This document shows positions 25,022 to 34,583 of a stretch of DNA of 64,000 nt, one piece after another. The DNA is from Burkholderiales bacterium (GTDB taxonomy: Bacteria > Pseudomonadota > Gammaproteobacteria > Burkholderiales > SG8-41). The stretch covers positions 67,244-131,243 of the forward strand of contig JAHCAG010000001.1 of assembly GCA_019635015.1 (NCBI GenBank), given 5' to 3'. Position 1 is the stretch's first letter. Every line of letters begins with the position of its first letter. Under the pieces are notes generated by a model. The model had not been told where the DNA came from. It saw nothing but the letters and a program-made list of their open reading frames with translations, and ran no database searches. The position numbers and the translations under genes are program-made.

Positions 25022-25855
25022 TCAGCTGCGCCCGAGCAGCACTTCGACAACAAACTTGCTGCCCAGATAAGCCAGTACCAGCATAAGGAAGCCGGCCAGC
25101 GTCCAGCGTACGGCGACGCGGCCGCGCCAGCCGTAAAAATGCCGGCCGAACAGCAGCGCGCCGAATACAAGCCAGGACACGATGCCGAAAATCGTCTTGT
25201 GGTTGAGCCGGGCCGCCCTGCCGAACACTTCTTCCGAGAACACCACGCCGCTGGCCAGTGTCAGAGACAGCATCACGAAGCCGGCCCAGATGATCCTGAA
25301 CAGCAGGATTTCCATGGTCAGCAGCGGCGGCAGGGTGCGCAGTCCTGCAGGCAGCGTTCCCCGGTGCAGGTGCCGCTCGAGCATCGCCATCAGCAGCACG
25401 TGCAGTGAGGCAATCGTGAACAGGCTGTAGGCAAGCATCGAAATCAGCAGGTGCAGCCTGAATGCCAGCAGTTCCGTGTTGGGCAGGGGCCGTGCCGCGG
25501 GAAACACCGCGGGCAGCAGGGCGGCCACCGCCGCCGCCGGCAGAATCAGCGCCTGCAGGCCTTCCAGCCGGTAAAACAGTCCGCCCAGCCAGTAAATGAG
25601 CACGGCAAGCCAGAGGATGGCCGACACGGCATCACCAACGCCGATGCGCAGGGTGTTGCCGGACAGCATCGCGCCGAACAGCGCCGCGGCATGCACGCCC
25701 AGCAGGACCAGCACGCACAGCCGTTCGCCGGCGCGGCTTGCCGCGGTCGCCGGAGCATTGGCGGCAGCCGACCAGTGCCGTTGCCAGAAGTACACGCCCA
25801 TTGCGGCATAGAGAAGCGCGCTGACGAGATACGGTAGAATGCCCTGCATATTCAT
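25022..25855 (-). CDS. Cytochrome c assembly family inner-membrane protein (YpjD-like)
   Basis: Polytopic 277-aa membrane protein. It diverges from ffh, the same arrangement as ypjD/ffh. Confidence 0.7.
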   Translation of the reverse strand: MNMQGILPYLVSALLYAAMGVYFWQRHWSAAANAPATAASRAGERLCVLVLLGVHAAALFGAMLSGNTLRIGVGDAVSAILWLAVLIYWLGGLFYRLEGLQALILPAAAVAALLPAVFPAARPLPNTELLAFRLHLLISMLAYSLFTIASLHVLLMAMLERHLHRGTLPAGLRTLPPLLTMEILLFRIIWAGFVMLSLTLASGVVFSEEVFGRAARLNHKTIFGIVSWLVFGALLFGRHFYGWRGRVAVRWTLAGFLMLVLAYLGSKFVVEVLLGRS

Positions 25856-25893
25856 GATCCAAGTTTACCCGAACACCACCCCTGCGCACTTCC

Positions 25894-27246
25894 ATGTTTG
25901 ACAACCTTACCGGCCGTCTCGCGCGCGTCGTCAAGACACTGCGCGGCGAGGCCCGCCTCACTGAAACCAACATCCAGGAAGCATTGCGCGAAGTGCGCAT
26001 GGCCCTGCTGGAGGCCGACGTTGCGCTGCCGGTGGTCAAGGCATTCATCGACCGGGTGCGCGAAAAGGCGGTTGGCGAGGAAGTGGCCGGCAGCCTGACG
26101 CCGGGACAGGCGCTGGTCGGCGTCGTTCACCGCGAACTGGTCGCTCTGATGGGCGATCACAACGAATCATTGAACCTTGCGGTGCAGCCGCCGGCGGTGA
26201 TCCTGATGGCCGGCCTGCAGGGCGCCGGCAAAACCACCACTGCCGGCAAGCTGGCGCGCTGGCTGCGTACCTCGATGCGCAAAAAGGTGCTGCTGGCGAG
26301 CTGCGACGTCTACCGGCCCGCGGCCATCGAGCAGCTCAGGCTGCTTGCCGGCCAGGTGGAAGCCGATTTCCATCCGGCAAATGCCGGCGAGAAGCCGGTT
26401 GACATTGCCAGGCGCGCCCTCGAATACGCGCGTACGCACTATCACGACGTCGTGATTGTCGACACGGCGGGCCGGCTTGCAATTGATGCGGCAATGATGG
26501 ACGAGATCCGCGAACTGCACGCTGCGGTCAAGCCGGTCGAGACGCTGTTCGTCGTGGATGCGATGCAGGGCCAGGATGCGGTCAACGTGGCCAGGGCTTT
26601 CAGCGAGGCATTGCCGCTGACCGGCGTCATCCTGACCAAGCTTGACGGCGATGCCCGCGGCGGCGCGGCCCTGTCCGTGCGTCATGTCACCGGCAAGCCG
26701 GTCAAGTTTGCGGGCACCGGGGAAAAACTGGACGGGCTGGAGGCGTTCCATCCTGACCGCATGGCCTCGCGCATCCTCGGCATGGGCGACGTGCTGTCGC
26801 TGATCGAGGATGTGCAGAAGACCGTCAGTCTGGAAGAGGCGGAGAAACTTGCACGCAAGGTCAAGACCGGCAAGGGTTTCGACCTGGAGGATTTCAAGCA
26901 GCAGGTTGCGCAGATGCGCAAGATGGGCGGCATGAGTGCGCTGATGGACAAGCTGCCGGCGCAACTCGCGCAGGTGGCGCAGGGCGCGCCGCAGATGGAG
27001 GACAAGGCGATCCGCCGGCTGGAGGGCATCATCAATTCGATGACGCCACAGGAGCGTGCCAGACCGGAGCTCCTCAAGGCCTCCCGCAAGCGCCGCATTG
27101 CTGCCGGCGCCGGCGTCAGCGTGCAGGAGGTCAACCGCCTGCTCAATCAGTTCGAGCAGACCCAGAAAATGATGAAAATGGTCGCCAAGGGCGGCATGGC
27201 GAAGATGATGCGCAGCATGAAAGGCATGTTCCCCGGCATGCGCTGA
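25894..27246 (+). CDS. ffh: Signal recognition particle protein Ffh
   Basis: NG-domain motifs GLQGAGKTTT and DTAGR, followed by a Met-rich M domain (MMKMVAKGGMAKMMRSMKGMFPGM). Confidence 0.97.
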   Translation: MFDNLTGRLARVVKTLRGEARLTETNIQEALREVRMALLEADVALPVVKAFIDRVREKAVGEEVAGSLTPGQALVGVVHRELVALMGDHNESLNLAVQPPAVILMAGLQGAGKTTTAGKLARWLRTSMRKKVLLASCDVYRPAAIEQLRLLAGQVEADFHPANAGEKPVDIARRALEYARTHYHDVVIVDTAGRLAIDAAMMDEIRELHAAVKPVETLFVVDAMQGQDAVNVARAFSEALPLTGVILTKLDGDARGGAALSVRHVTGKPVKFAGTGEKLDGLEAFHPDRMASRILGMGDVLSLIEDVQKTVSLEEAEKLARKVKTGKGFDLEDFKQQVAQMRKMGGMSALMDKLPAQLAQVAQGAPQMEDKAIRRLEGIINSMTPQERARPELLKASRKRRIAAGAGVSVQEVNRLLNQFEQTQKMMKMVAKGGMAKMMRSMKGMFPGMR

Positions 27247-27250
27247 AAAT

Positions 27251-27272
27251 CCCGGGGCCACGGGGCCCCGGG
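27251..27272. terminator. Hairpin between convergent ffh and nitroreductase genes (bidirectional terminator candidate)
   Basis: CCCGGGGCC (27251-59) pairs with GGCCCCGGG (27264-72) around a 4-nt loop. An A-run on the + side gives a U-tract for the minus-strand transcript only. Confidence 0.5.
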
Positions 27273-27299
27273 AACTGTCCGCTCTTGTTTCAACCGGCC

Positions 27300-28154
27300 T
27301 TATTTCAGGCTGAAACCCTGACGCCGGATGTAATTGCCGAAGTCTGCGCGTTCAGGTTCCGCATACTGCCGTGCCTTGTCTTCGGACCAACCGTAGAACT
27401 CCGCCGTGCCGAACAGCGCCGTGCGCCGCTGCTTGCCGTAAGGATGGTTGTCATGGCGCCGCCGGTCATAGGCGTCGATTTTTCCCTGCAGCCCCGTTTC
27501 GTCATAACGGTCGGTGTGCACCGTGACCTCCAGCGGCAGGCGCGGGCTGATGTGTCCGGCGGAGGCCGGATAACCGACACAGAGCCCGGCGACCGGGAAT
27601 ACGCCTTCGGGCAGTTCGAGTTCGCGGCTGACGGTGTCGACGGCGTTGCGGATTGCGCTGATGGGGCAGGTGCCGAGGCCGGCTGCTTCGGCTGCACTGA
27701 TGAAATTCATCATCGTTATGCCGGCGTCGACCGCGGCATTCATGAAATGGTCAAGGTGTTCGTTGGCGAAGGGTTTCCCGCGCCACTCGCCGATGTGGCG
27801 GATGCGCCGGTTGTTGCCGCAAAAGACCAGGAAAACCGGCGCATCGGCGATCCATGCCATGTCCGGGAGATGGGCAACAATGCGCTGGCGCCTGGCGGGA
27901 TCGGCGACATGAATGATGTCGGCCTGCTGCAGATCGCTTTTGGTCGGCGCCGACAGCGCGCAGGCGCAAAGCAGCCGCAGCAGCTCCGGGGCCACCGGGT
28001 CCGGCCGGTAACGCCGGATCGAGCGGTGGTTCGCGATGCGCGCCAGGCCATCGATTCCGGTCTGGGTCGTGCCCACCGGGAAGTCGGTGCCAAAACGGGT
28101 ACGCAGTGCCGCGGAGATTTGTTCCCGTGGGGATTTTTCTGTGCTGGAGGTCAT
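27300..28154 (-). CDS. Nitroreductase-family NAD(P)H oxidoreductase (NfsA-like)
   Basis: Motif HRSIRRYRPDPV...ALSAPTKSDLQQ is typical of the nitroreductase fold; 284 aa. Confidence 0.8.
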   Translation of the reverse strand: MTSSTEKSPREQISAALRTRFGTDFPVGTTQTGIDGLARIANHRSIRRYRPDPVAPELLRLLCACALSAPTKSDLQQADIIHVADPARRQRIVAHLPDMAWIADAPVFLVFCGNNRRIRHIGEWRGKPFANEHLDHFMNAAVDAGITMMNFISAAEAAGLGTCPISAIRNAVDTVSRELELPEGVFPVAGLCVGYPASAGHISPRLPLEVTVHTDRYDETGLQGKIDAYDRRRHDNHPYGKQRRTALFGTAEFYGWSEDKARQYAEPERADFGNYIRRQGFSLK

Positions 28155-28263
28155 GATCTATCTCGGGCCTTCCTGTTAAAAATCATTTAAAAACAATGAA
28201 TTGAGGGCAATTTTAATCTGTCGCGACAGACTGTGCCGAATCCGGCATTCCGACAGCGGTACA

Positions 28264-28293
28264 TTGCCTCCCGGGGTGAAAGTGGCGTAGAAT
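28264..28293 (+). promoter_or_regulatory. Sigma-70-type promoter candidate for rpsP-rimM-trmD-rplS
   Basis: TTGCCT (28264-69), 18-nt spacer, TAGAAT (28288-93), about 40 nt upstream of the rpsP ATG. Confidence 0.45.
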
Positions 28294-28332
28294 CCGCCCC
28301 TTTCGACTTTTTCAGTCGCCAGGAATACCGAC

Positions 28333-28590
28333 ATGGTAGTGATCCGATTGGCTCGCGGGGGCGCAAAAAAACGCCCGTTTTTCAATTTTGTCGTTGCTGA
28401 CTCGCGTTTTGCGCGTGACGGCCGCTTCATCGAACGTCTCGGGTTCTATGATCCCAAGGCGCCCGAAGGACGCGAACGCCTGCGCATCAACCGCGAACGC
28501 CTCGCGTTCTGGCAGGGGCAAGGTGCGCAACTGTCCGACACCGTGACCCGGCTCGTCAAGCAGGCTGGTGAACAAAAAGCCGCTGCCTGA
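28333..28590 (+). CDS. rpsP: 30S ribosomal protein S16
   Basis: [41 protein letters not shown]. Confidence 0.97.
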   Translation: MVVIRLARGGAKKRPFFNFVVADSRFARDGRFIERLGFYDPKAPEGRERLRINRERLAFWQGQGAQLSDTVTRLVKQAGEQKAAA

Positions 28591-29083
28591 GCGGCTGGTG
28601 GTGATGGGGCGCATCATCGCGCCCTACGGAATCAAGGGTTGGGTCAAGATTCAGCCCTTCACGCAACAGCCGCAGGGCTTGCTGGACTACCCGGAGTGGC
28701 AGGTGGGGCGTGAGGGAAACTGGCAGGCACAGACCGTGGAAACCGCCAGGCTGCACGGCAACATGGTGACGGCCAAGCTGCAGGGCATTGATGACCGCGA
28801 ACAGGCCGCGGTACTGCGTGGCTTGCGGGTTGCGGTATCGCGGGACGATTTTCCCGAGCCCGGATCCGGCGAGTATTACTGGGCCGATCTGGTCGGACTG
28901 GAAGTGGTGAATGAGGCCGGTACTGCACTGGGCCGGGTGACCGGAGTGTTTGAAACCGGTGCGAATGACGTGTTGGTGGTCGCAGGCGAACGCGAGCGAC
29001 TGTTGCCATTCATCGGGCCGGTGATCCGGCAGGTCGATGTTGCAGGCGGCAGAATTGTTGTGGACTGGGACGCCGACTACTGA
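28568..29083 (+). CDS. rimM: 16S rRNA processing protein RimM
   Basis: Motif [16 protein letters not shown] plus a PRC-barrel C-terminus. GTG 28568 overlaps the rpsP end; ATG 28604 is an alternative. Confidence 0.9.
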   Translation: MNKKPLPERLVVMGRIIAPYGIKGWVKIQPFTQQPQGLLDYPEWQVGREGNWQAQTVETARLHGNMVTAKLQGIDDREQAAVLRGLRVAVSRDDFPEPGSGEYYWADLVGLEVVNEAGTALGRVTGVFETGANDVLVVAGERERLLPFIGPVIRQVDVAGGRIVVDWDADY

Positions 29084-29847
29084 TGCTGCAGTTTGATGTC
29101 GTCACGCTGTTCCCGGCGATGTTCGATGCGGTGACCGAACTCGGAGTCACCGGACGGGCGCGGGAGCGCGGGCTGTACCAGTTTGTGGCCTGGAATCCCC
29201 GGGATTTTGCGGGCAATTCGCACCGCACCGTGGACGACCGGCCCTACGGCGGTGGTCCGGGGATGGTGATGATGGCGGAGCCGCTGGGCAAGGCCTTGCA
29301 GGCAGCGCGCCAGCGTCAGTTGAGCGCCGGGGTAGAGCGCCCGCGGGTGGTGCACCTGACACCGCAGGGCAGGTTGCTGGACCATGCGCTGGTTGCAGGG
29401 TTGGCGAAGGAAGCCGGCGTGGTCCTGCTCGCAGGACGGTATGAAGGAGTGGACGAGCGGCTGATCGGGCATTTGGGGATTGAAGAAATTTCGATCGGCG
29501 ACTATGTGTTGAGCGGCGGGGAACTGGCCGCGATGGTGTTGATGGACAGCGTGGTGCGGCAACTGCCCGGTGTGCTGGGCGATGCCGAATCAGCGGTCCA
29601 GGATTCGTTTGTTGACGGCTTGCTGGACTGCCCGCATTACACGCGTCCGGAGGTGTACCAGGGCAGCGCAGTGCCGGCAGTGCTGATGTCGGGCAACCAT
29701 GCGGCGATTGCGCGCTGGCGGCTGAAGCAGGCGCTGGGCAGGACATGGCAGCGCCGGCCGGATTTGCTGGAGCGCCGTGTGCTGAGCAGTCAGGAGCGGA
29801 TTTTGCTGGACGAATACCGGCAGGAACTGCAGGACGGAATGAATTAA
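29083..29847 (+). CDS. trmD: tRNA (guanine37-N1)-methyltransferase TrmD
   Basis: Motifs [25 protein letters not shown] and [14 protein letters not shown]. The start overlaps the rimM stop (TGATG). Confidence 0.96.
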   Translation: MLQFDVVTLFPAMFDAVTELGVTGRARERGLYQFVAWNPRDFAGNSHRTVDDRPYGGGPGMVMMAEPLGKALQAARQRQLSAGVERPRVVHLTPQGRLLDHALVAGLAKEAGVVLLAGRYEGVDERLIGHLGIEEISIGDYVLSGGELAAMVLMDSVVRQLPGVLGDAESAVQDSFVDGLLDCPHYTRPEVYQGSAVPAVLMSGNHAAIARWRLKQALGRTWQRRPDLLERRVLSSQERILLDEYRQELQDGMN

Positions 29848-29895
29848 CCGCGGGCGCCATGTTGGCGGACGCAACGAGTTTTGAGGAGCATGAGC

Positions 29896-30315
29896 ATGAA
29901 CGTCATTCAGCAGCTGGAGCAGGAAGAGATCAACCGTCTGGGCCGCAAGGTGCCGGAGTTCACCACCGGTGACACGGTCATCGTCAGCGTCAACGTGGTC
30001 GAGGGCGAGCGCAAGCGCGTCCAGGCCTACGAGGGCGTGGTCATTGCCAAGCGCAACCGGGGCATCAACTCCTCGTTCATCGTGCGCAAGGTCTCCTCCG
30101 GGGAGGGTGTCGAGCGGACCTTCCAGACCTATTCCCCCGCGATTGCCGGCATCGAAGTGAAGCGTCGCGGCGATGTCAGCCGTGCCAAGCTCTATTACCT
30201 GCGCGGCCTGTCCGGCAAGGCGGCCCGCATCAAGGAAAAACTCGCAGTCGCGGCAAGTGTCGCCGTCGAACCCGAAGCCAGCGTTGCGGCGGAAGCGGCC
30301 CCGGCCGAAAAGTAA
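29896..30315 (+). CDS. rplS: 50S ribosomal protein L19 (with an Ala/Glu-rich C-terminal tail)
   Basis: N-terminus [31 protein letters not shown] 29896 lies 7 nt after GAGGAG. Confidence 0.95.
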   Translation: MNVIQQLEQEEINRLGRKVPEFTTGDTVIVSVNVVEGERKRVQAYEGVVIAKRNRGINSSFIVRKVSSGEGVERTFQTYSPAIAGIEVKRRGDVSRAKLYYLRGLSGKAARIKEKLAVAASVAVEPEASVAAEAAPAEK

Positions 30316-30333
30316 TTTCCGGCAATCCTGCAG

Positions 30334-30363
30334 AAAGGCGGCTGCGGCCGCCTTTTTGTTTTT
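30334..30363 (+). terminator. Intrinsic terminator after rplS
   Basis: AAAGGCGGC (30334-42) pairs with GCCGCCTTT (30347-55) around loop TGCG, followed by TTGTTTTT. Confidence 0.8.
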
Positions 30364-30421
30364 GTCCGCCGCGCACCCGGCACGCCGTTTTTTCCGCGCA
30401 GGCACCCGCTAAAATACCGCG

Positions 30422-32104
30422 ATGTCCGTCATGCGCCGCATTGCCATCCCGATAGTTGCATTGCTGGCGAACCTGCATGCGGCATCCTCGCTGCAGGCAG
30501 CCTCCCCGGTGGCAATGGAAGACATCCGGGTTCTGGCGCAGGCCGGTGCCGTGCGGCTCGCGCTCCAGCGCATTGAAACACTGCAGCCGGCCGACGCCGC
30601 GGATCCGCGCTGGACGGACTGGGAGGATCTGCGCCTGCAGCTGCTGGGCCGCCTGGACCGCCACGAGGAGATCCTGCAGCGGGCCGCTGTCATGCCGGCA
30701 AGCTTGCCTGCCGCCGCCCGTGCCGATTTCCATGCCGCTGCCGCCCGCGCCGCCATTGCGCTGGGACGTGCGGTGCCGGCACGCGACCATGCCGGCCGCG
30801 CACTGTGGGCCTCCGGCACCGGTCCTGCGACGGTTCGCGAACTGCGGCTGCTGGTGATCCGCAGCCACTTTCTCGATTCGCGTCCGGACGACGCCTGGCG
30901 CAGCATGCTGCGGTTCGAGCAGGATTATCGTCCCCTGGATGCCGCAACGGCCGGCGGATTTGTCGATGCGCTGCTGGATGCCGGCATGGCGCGCGAGGCG
31001 ATCACCTGGCTGCCGCTGCTCGACGAGCGCGGCGCGACGCGTTTGCGGCTGCGGATGCATGCCGGCCTCGTTGCCAACGGGGAGGCGCTTGCGCAGGCGC
31101 GTGCGGCGCTTGCCCGCGGCGATGATCCGGCGTGGTGGAGGCTGCTGCTCGATGCTGCGACGCGCGGCGGTGATGGTGCGCTGCGCATCGCTGCGCTCGA
31201 GCAGTTGCTCGAGAAGGAGGCGCGACCGCAGGCCGCCGCGGAGTTGTGGTCAGCCTACGCGGGGCATGCCCGCGCCGCCGCCAATTCGCATCACCTGCTT
31301 GCGGGTGACTATGCCAGCTGGCTCGAGTTCGCCGCGCGCCGGCATGCAAGCGACGCGCCGGAGGCGCGGGCCTATTTTGCCTATGTCGCAAGGCATGCCG
31401 CCGATCCGGCATTGCGCCAGCGTGCGCAGGACCGGCTTGCGGCGGACTATGCGGTGGCAAAGCTGCCGCGCCTTGCCTTGAGCCTGTTCGATGCCTGGCC
31501 CGGACGGGCTGAACAGTTGCCGCCACCGGCGCGCCTCGTTCTTGGCCGGATGGCCGAAGACATGGGTGATCATCCGCGCGCATTGCGTTACCTGCAGGAT
31601 CTTCCCGCATTGGACCCGATGCCGGCGGCGGTCTGGCAGTTGCGGCTGTCCGCGCTTGCCTTGCGCGCGGGGAAGCCGGACGCGGCTGCGGGCATCGCAC
31701 AGCGGCTGGCGGCGGAGTCATCAGCCATTTCTCCGGCGCAGATCGCGGAGTGGCTGCAGCTCGCCGGGCAACTGGCAGACCACGGGCTGCACGACGCTGC
31801 GCTGGCTTTGCTGGAGCGCCTGTTGCCGCATACCGACTCCGCGCAGTCGCCCAGCGTGCTTTCGGCCATCGCCCGTGCCCATGCCGGGCGCAAGCAGCCG
31901 CAACTCGCGGCCGATTTTTACCTCCGCGCCGCCCTGCAGGTGCCGGCGACCGGTGCCGCCGCCGCGGAGGCGCGCCTGCAGGCCGGACTCAGCCTCGCGC
32001 GCGCGGGGCTGCACGAGGATGCGCGCGCGCAGTTTCAGTGGCTGCTGAAAAATGCCGCTGATCCCGCGCAGATCGCCGTGGCGCGGCGGGAGCTCGGTTT
32101 CTAG
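30422..32104 (+). CDS. Hypothetical secreted Ala/Leu/Arg-rich helical-repeat (TPR-like) protein
   Basis: 560-aa ORF with a signal peptide (IAIPIVALLANLHAASSLQAASP) and G/C-biased third positions. No catalytic motif recognised. Confidence 0.6.
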   Translation: MSVMRRIAIPIVALLANLHAASSLQAASPVAMEDIRVLAQAGAVRLALQRIETLQPADAADPRWTDWEDLRLQLLGRLDRHEEILQRAAVMPASLPAAARADFHAAAARAAIALGRAVPARDHAGRALWASGTGPATVRELRLLVIRSHFLDSRPDDAWRSMLRFEQDYRPLDAATAGGFVDALLDAGMAREAITWLPLLDERGATRLRLRMHAGLVANGEALAQARAALARGDDPAWWRLLLDAATRGGDGALRIAALEQLLEKEARPQAAAELWSAYAGHARAAANSHHLLAGDYASWLEFAARRHASDAPEARAYFAYVARHAADPALRQRAQDRLAADYAVAKLPRLALSLFDAWPGRAEQLPPPARLVLGRMAEDMGDHPRALRYLQDLPALDPMPAAVWQLRLSALALRAGKPDAAAGIAQRLAAESSAISPAQIAEWLQLAGQLADHGLHDAALALLERLLPHTDSAQSPSVLSAIARAHAGRKQPQLAADFYLRAALQVPATGAAAAEARLQAGLSLARAGLHEDARAQFQWLLKNAADPAQIAVARRELGF

Positions 32105-32113
32105 GAGGCGGTC

Positions 32114-32872
32114 TCAGCGCGCCGCGGTTTTCCACAGATCGCTGAGATACTCGTGATCAGCGGTGTTGATCCAGCTGTGGCGGTATTCCACCGGCGAATC
32201 GTTGTAGCTGTAGGCGATGCGGCGGATGTGCAGCGCCGGCTGGCTCGGGTGCATGCCGAGGATCCCCGCGATGTCGGCAGGCGGGTGCGCCGCCGACAGC
32301 TTTTCGCTGATGCGCACGACGTTGACCCCGTAACGCGCCTGGTAGAGGCCGTAGATCGTGCCTTCACGGCTGCGGAACGTCGATTCGTCCAGCCTTGCGA
32401 AGCGCTCGGTCGGCACGGTGATGTCGTCGAGCACCACCGGTCTGCCGCTCAGCTTCAGCAGGTTGCGCACCCTGGCGACACGGGTTCCGCGGGCGATGCC
32501 GAAGTCGCGCTCATCGCCGTCGCCAGCGCGCTCCTTCCGGAATCCGAGGAGTTCGGATTCCGGAAACTCGCTGCTGCCGTCCTTGCCGACGACATGGAAA
32601 AAATAGAACAGCGTGCGATCCTCGGTATGGGTGGCGACGAAGGTGCCGCGCCCCTGCTGGCGCACGAGGATGCGGCCGGCAACCAGTTCGTCGATGGCAC
32701 GGCGGATGGTGCCGATCGACACGCTGAATTGCCGGGCCAGCCGGGTTTCGCTGGGAATCGCCTCTCCCGGCTTCCATTCCCCGGCGGCGAGCGCGCGGGT
32801 GATACGCCATTGCACCTCGCGGTAGAGCGGATTCGGCACCAGGGTGTCGGGTGTGGGGGTCGAGGGGGCCAT
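32114..32872 (-). CDS. GntR-family transcriptional regulator (HutC subfamily, UTRA effector domain)
   Basis: wHTH region GEAIPSETRLARQFSVSIGTIRRAIDELVAGRILVRQQGRGTFV plus a C-terminal UTRA-like half. Diverges from the 33.0-45.8 kb gene set. Confidence 0.88.
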   Translation of the reverse strand: MAPSTPTPDTLVPNPLYREVQWRITRALAAGEWKPGEAIPSETRLARQFSVSIGTIRRAIDELVAGRILVRQQGRGTFVATHTEDRTLFYFFHVVGKDGSSEFPESELLGFRKERAGDGDERDFGIARGTRVARVRNLLKLSGRPVVLDDITVPTERFARLDESTFRSREGTIYGLYQARYGVNVVRISEKLSAAHPPADIAGILGMHPSQPALHIRRIAYSYNDSPVEYRHSWINTADHEYLSDLWKTAAR

Positions 32873-32910
32873 CGGCGGCGGAGTCTAGCACGGCCTTACA
32901 CGATTCATAT

Positions 32911-32928
32911 AGGTCATATAGTTGACCT
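32911..32928. promoter_or_regulatory. Candidate GntR/HutC operator
   Basis: Perfect inverted repeat AGGTCA-tatagt-TGACCT. It is embedded in the tandem TCATATAG-g-TCATATAG (32905-21) and overlaps the candidate -35. Confidence 0.45.
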
Positions 32929-32951
32929 CCCGGAAAGGCCGGGGTTAGGAT
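32922..32951 (+). promoter_or_regulatory. Sigma-70-type promoter candidate for the split UxaA-family genes
   Basis: TTGACC (32922-27), 18-nt spacer, TAGGAT (32946-51). Confidence 0.4.
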
Positions 32952-33017
32952 TTGCAGCCCTGCATAGCCGTTCCCAATCCGCTTGCACATCACCACAGCA
33001 TTCATCCAGGAGGCGCA

Positions 33018-33299
33018 ATGATTCACTTATTGGTTCACGACAAGAAAGACATGGTCGGCGTGGCCGTCATCGAAGGCATCAAGGCCGGACAGGAGATGAT
33101 CGGCTGGGTCATGGAAGATGATTCCACGATCAAGGTAAAGGCGATCAATGACATTCCCATCGGTCACAAGGCGGCGCTGTGCGAAATCAAGAAGGGCGAC
33201 ACCATCATCAAATACGGTTTTGACATCGGCAAGGCCGTGGCTGACATCAAGGTCGGCGAACACGCGCACGTGCACAACATCAAGACCAAGCGCTGGTAA
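33018..33299 (+). CDS. UxaA-family lyase, small SAF-domain subunit (SuyA-like architecture)
   Basis: 93 aa, MIHLLVHDKKDMVGVAV...IPIGHKAALCEIKKGDTIIKYG (SAF/altronate dehydratase N-domain pattern). ATG lies 4 nt after CAGGAGG. Confidence 0.8.
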   Translation: MIHLLVHDKKDMVGVAVIEGIKAGQEMIGWVMEDDSTIKVKAINDIPIGHKAALCEIKKGDTIIKYGFDIGKAVADIKVGEHAHVHNIKTKRW

Positions 33300-33348
33300 G
33301 CAGCGGCCGCAAGCCCCGCGATTCCGCCCCATTTTCGGAGACTGAAAC

Positions 33349-34518
33349 ATGATCAACAGCAAAACCACATTCATGGGCTACCGCCGCGAGAACGGCCGCG
33401 TCGGTGTCCGCAACCACGTCATCATCCTGCCCGTGGACGACCTGTCGAACGCCGCGGCCGAGGCGGTTGCCAACAACGTCAAGGGTGCGATCGCGATCCC
33501 GCATCCCTATGGCCGGCTGCAGTTCGGCGCCGACCTCGACCTGCATTTCCGCACCATCATCGGCGCCGGGGCCAACCCCAATGTCGCCGCCGTGGTGGTG
33601 ATCTGCATCGAGGAAGGCTGGGCCAAGAAAGTCGTCGACGGCATCGCCAAGACCGGCAAGCCGGTCACCGGTTTCGGCATCGAGCTGCACGGCGATCACG
33701 ACACCATCATGCGCGCCTCCAAGGTGGCCAAGGAGTACGTGCAGTGGGCTTCCGAGCTGCAGCGCACCGAGTGCCCGATCAGCGACCTCTGGGTGTCGAC
33801 CAAGTGCGGCGAGTCCGACACGACCTCCGGCTGCGGTTCCAACCCGACCGTCGGCAGTGCCTTCGACAAGCTGGAGCCGCTGGGCGTCACCATGTGTTTC
33901 GGCGAGACCACCGAAATCACCGGCGGCGAGAACATCGTCGCCGACCGCTGCGCAACCCCCGAAGTGCGCAAGGAATTCATGCGGATGTTCGACCGTTACC
34001 AGGCCATTGTCGAGAAAAACAAGACCAGCGATCTGTCCGATTCGCAGCCGACCAAGGGCAACATCGCCGGCGGCCTGACCACGATCGAGGAAAAGGCGCT
34101 GGGCAACATCCAGAAAATCGGCAAGAAGTGCAAGGTCATCGGCGTGCTCGACAAGGCCGAGGAGCCGACCAAACCCGGCCTGTGGTTCATGGACTCGTCC
34201 TCGGCCGCGGCGGAGATGGTCACGCTGTGCGCCGCGTCCGGTTATGTGGTGCACCTGTTCCCGACCGGGCAGGGCAATGTCATCGGCAATCCGATCATTC
34301 CGGTGGTCAAGCTGACGGCCAATCCGCGCACCGTGCGCACCATGAGCGAACACGTCGATTACGACTGCTCGGGCCTGCTGCAGCGTGAGAAAAACCTCGA
34401 CCAGACCGGCGACGAGCTGATCGAAATCATGCTGCGCACCTGTAATGGCCGGCTGACTGCCGCCGAGGCGCTGGGTCATCGCGAATTCGTGCTGACCCGC
34501 CTGTACGAAAGCGCCTGA
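33349..34518 (+). CDS. UxaA-family lyase, large catalytic subunit (SuyB-like architecture)
   Basis: 389 aa, [20 protein letters not shown]..., matching the C-terminal catalytic domain of altronate/galactarate dehydratases. Confidence 0.8.
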   Translation: MINSKTTFMGYRRENGRVGVRNHVIILPVDDLSNAAAEAVANNVKGAIAIPHPYGRLQFGADLDLHFRTIIGAGANPNVAAVVVICIEEGWAKKVVDGIAKTGKPVTGFGIELHGDHDTIMRASKVAKEYVQWASELQRTECPISDLWVSTKCGESDTTSGCGSNPTVGSAFDKLEPLGVTMCFGETTEITGGENIVADRCATPEVRKEFMRMFDRYQAIVEKNKTSDLSDSQPTKGNIAGGLTTIEEKALGNIQKIGKKCKVIGVLDKAEEPTKPGLWFMDSSSAAAEMVTLCAASGYVVHLFPTGQGNVIGNPIIPVVKLTANPRTVRTMSEHVDYDCSGLLQREKNLDQTGDELIEIMLRTCNGRLTAAEALGHREFVLTRLYESA

Positions 34519-34534
34519 GTTCGCGCGCAGCAAA

Positions 34535-34577
34535 CCGCAGGGTCGGCAGAATCATCATGCCGGCCCTGCGGGTTTTG
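34535..34577 (+). terminator. Intrinsic terminator-like hairpin inside the island
   Basis: 13-bp stem (34535-47 with 34559-71, one G-U pair), 11-nt loop, then GTTTTG. Confidence 0.6.
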
Positions 34578-34583
34578 CGGTGT

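Noticed and set aside
23735-25408. 557-aa plus-strand ORF
   Set aside because: It runs antisense across both the CNNM gene and the ypjD-like gene and crosses their intergenic gap. It has no motifs and is a shadow ORF.
27285-28190. 301-aa plus-strand ORF
   Set aside because: It is antisense to the nitroreductase-family gene.
28176-28190. TTAA-N7-TTAA (CtrA-box-like) upstream of rpsP
   Set aside because: CtrA is alphaproteobacterial and this genome has betaproteobacterial synteny. The match is expected by chance inside an A/T-only tract.
28217-28230. Perfect palindrome TCTGTCGCGACAGA (a LexA-like CTGT...ACAG)
   Set aside because: The spacing is N4 rather than the N8 of proteobacterial SOS boxes, and the downstream operon is ribosomal. 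It was kept only as an unexplained palindrome in the rpsP upstream region.
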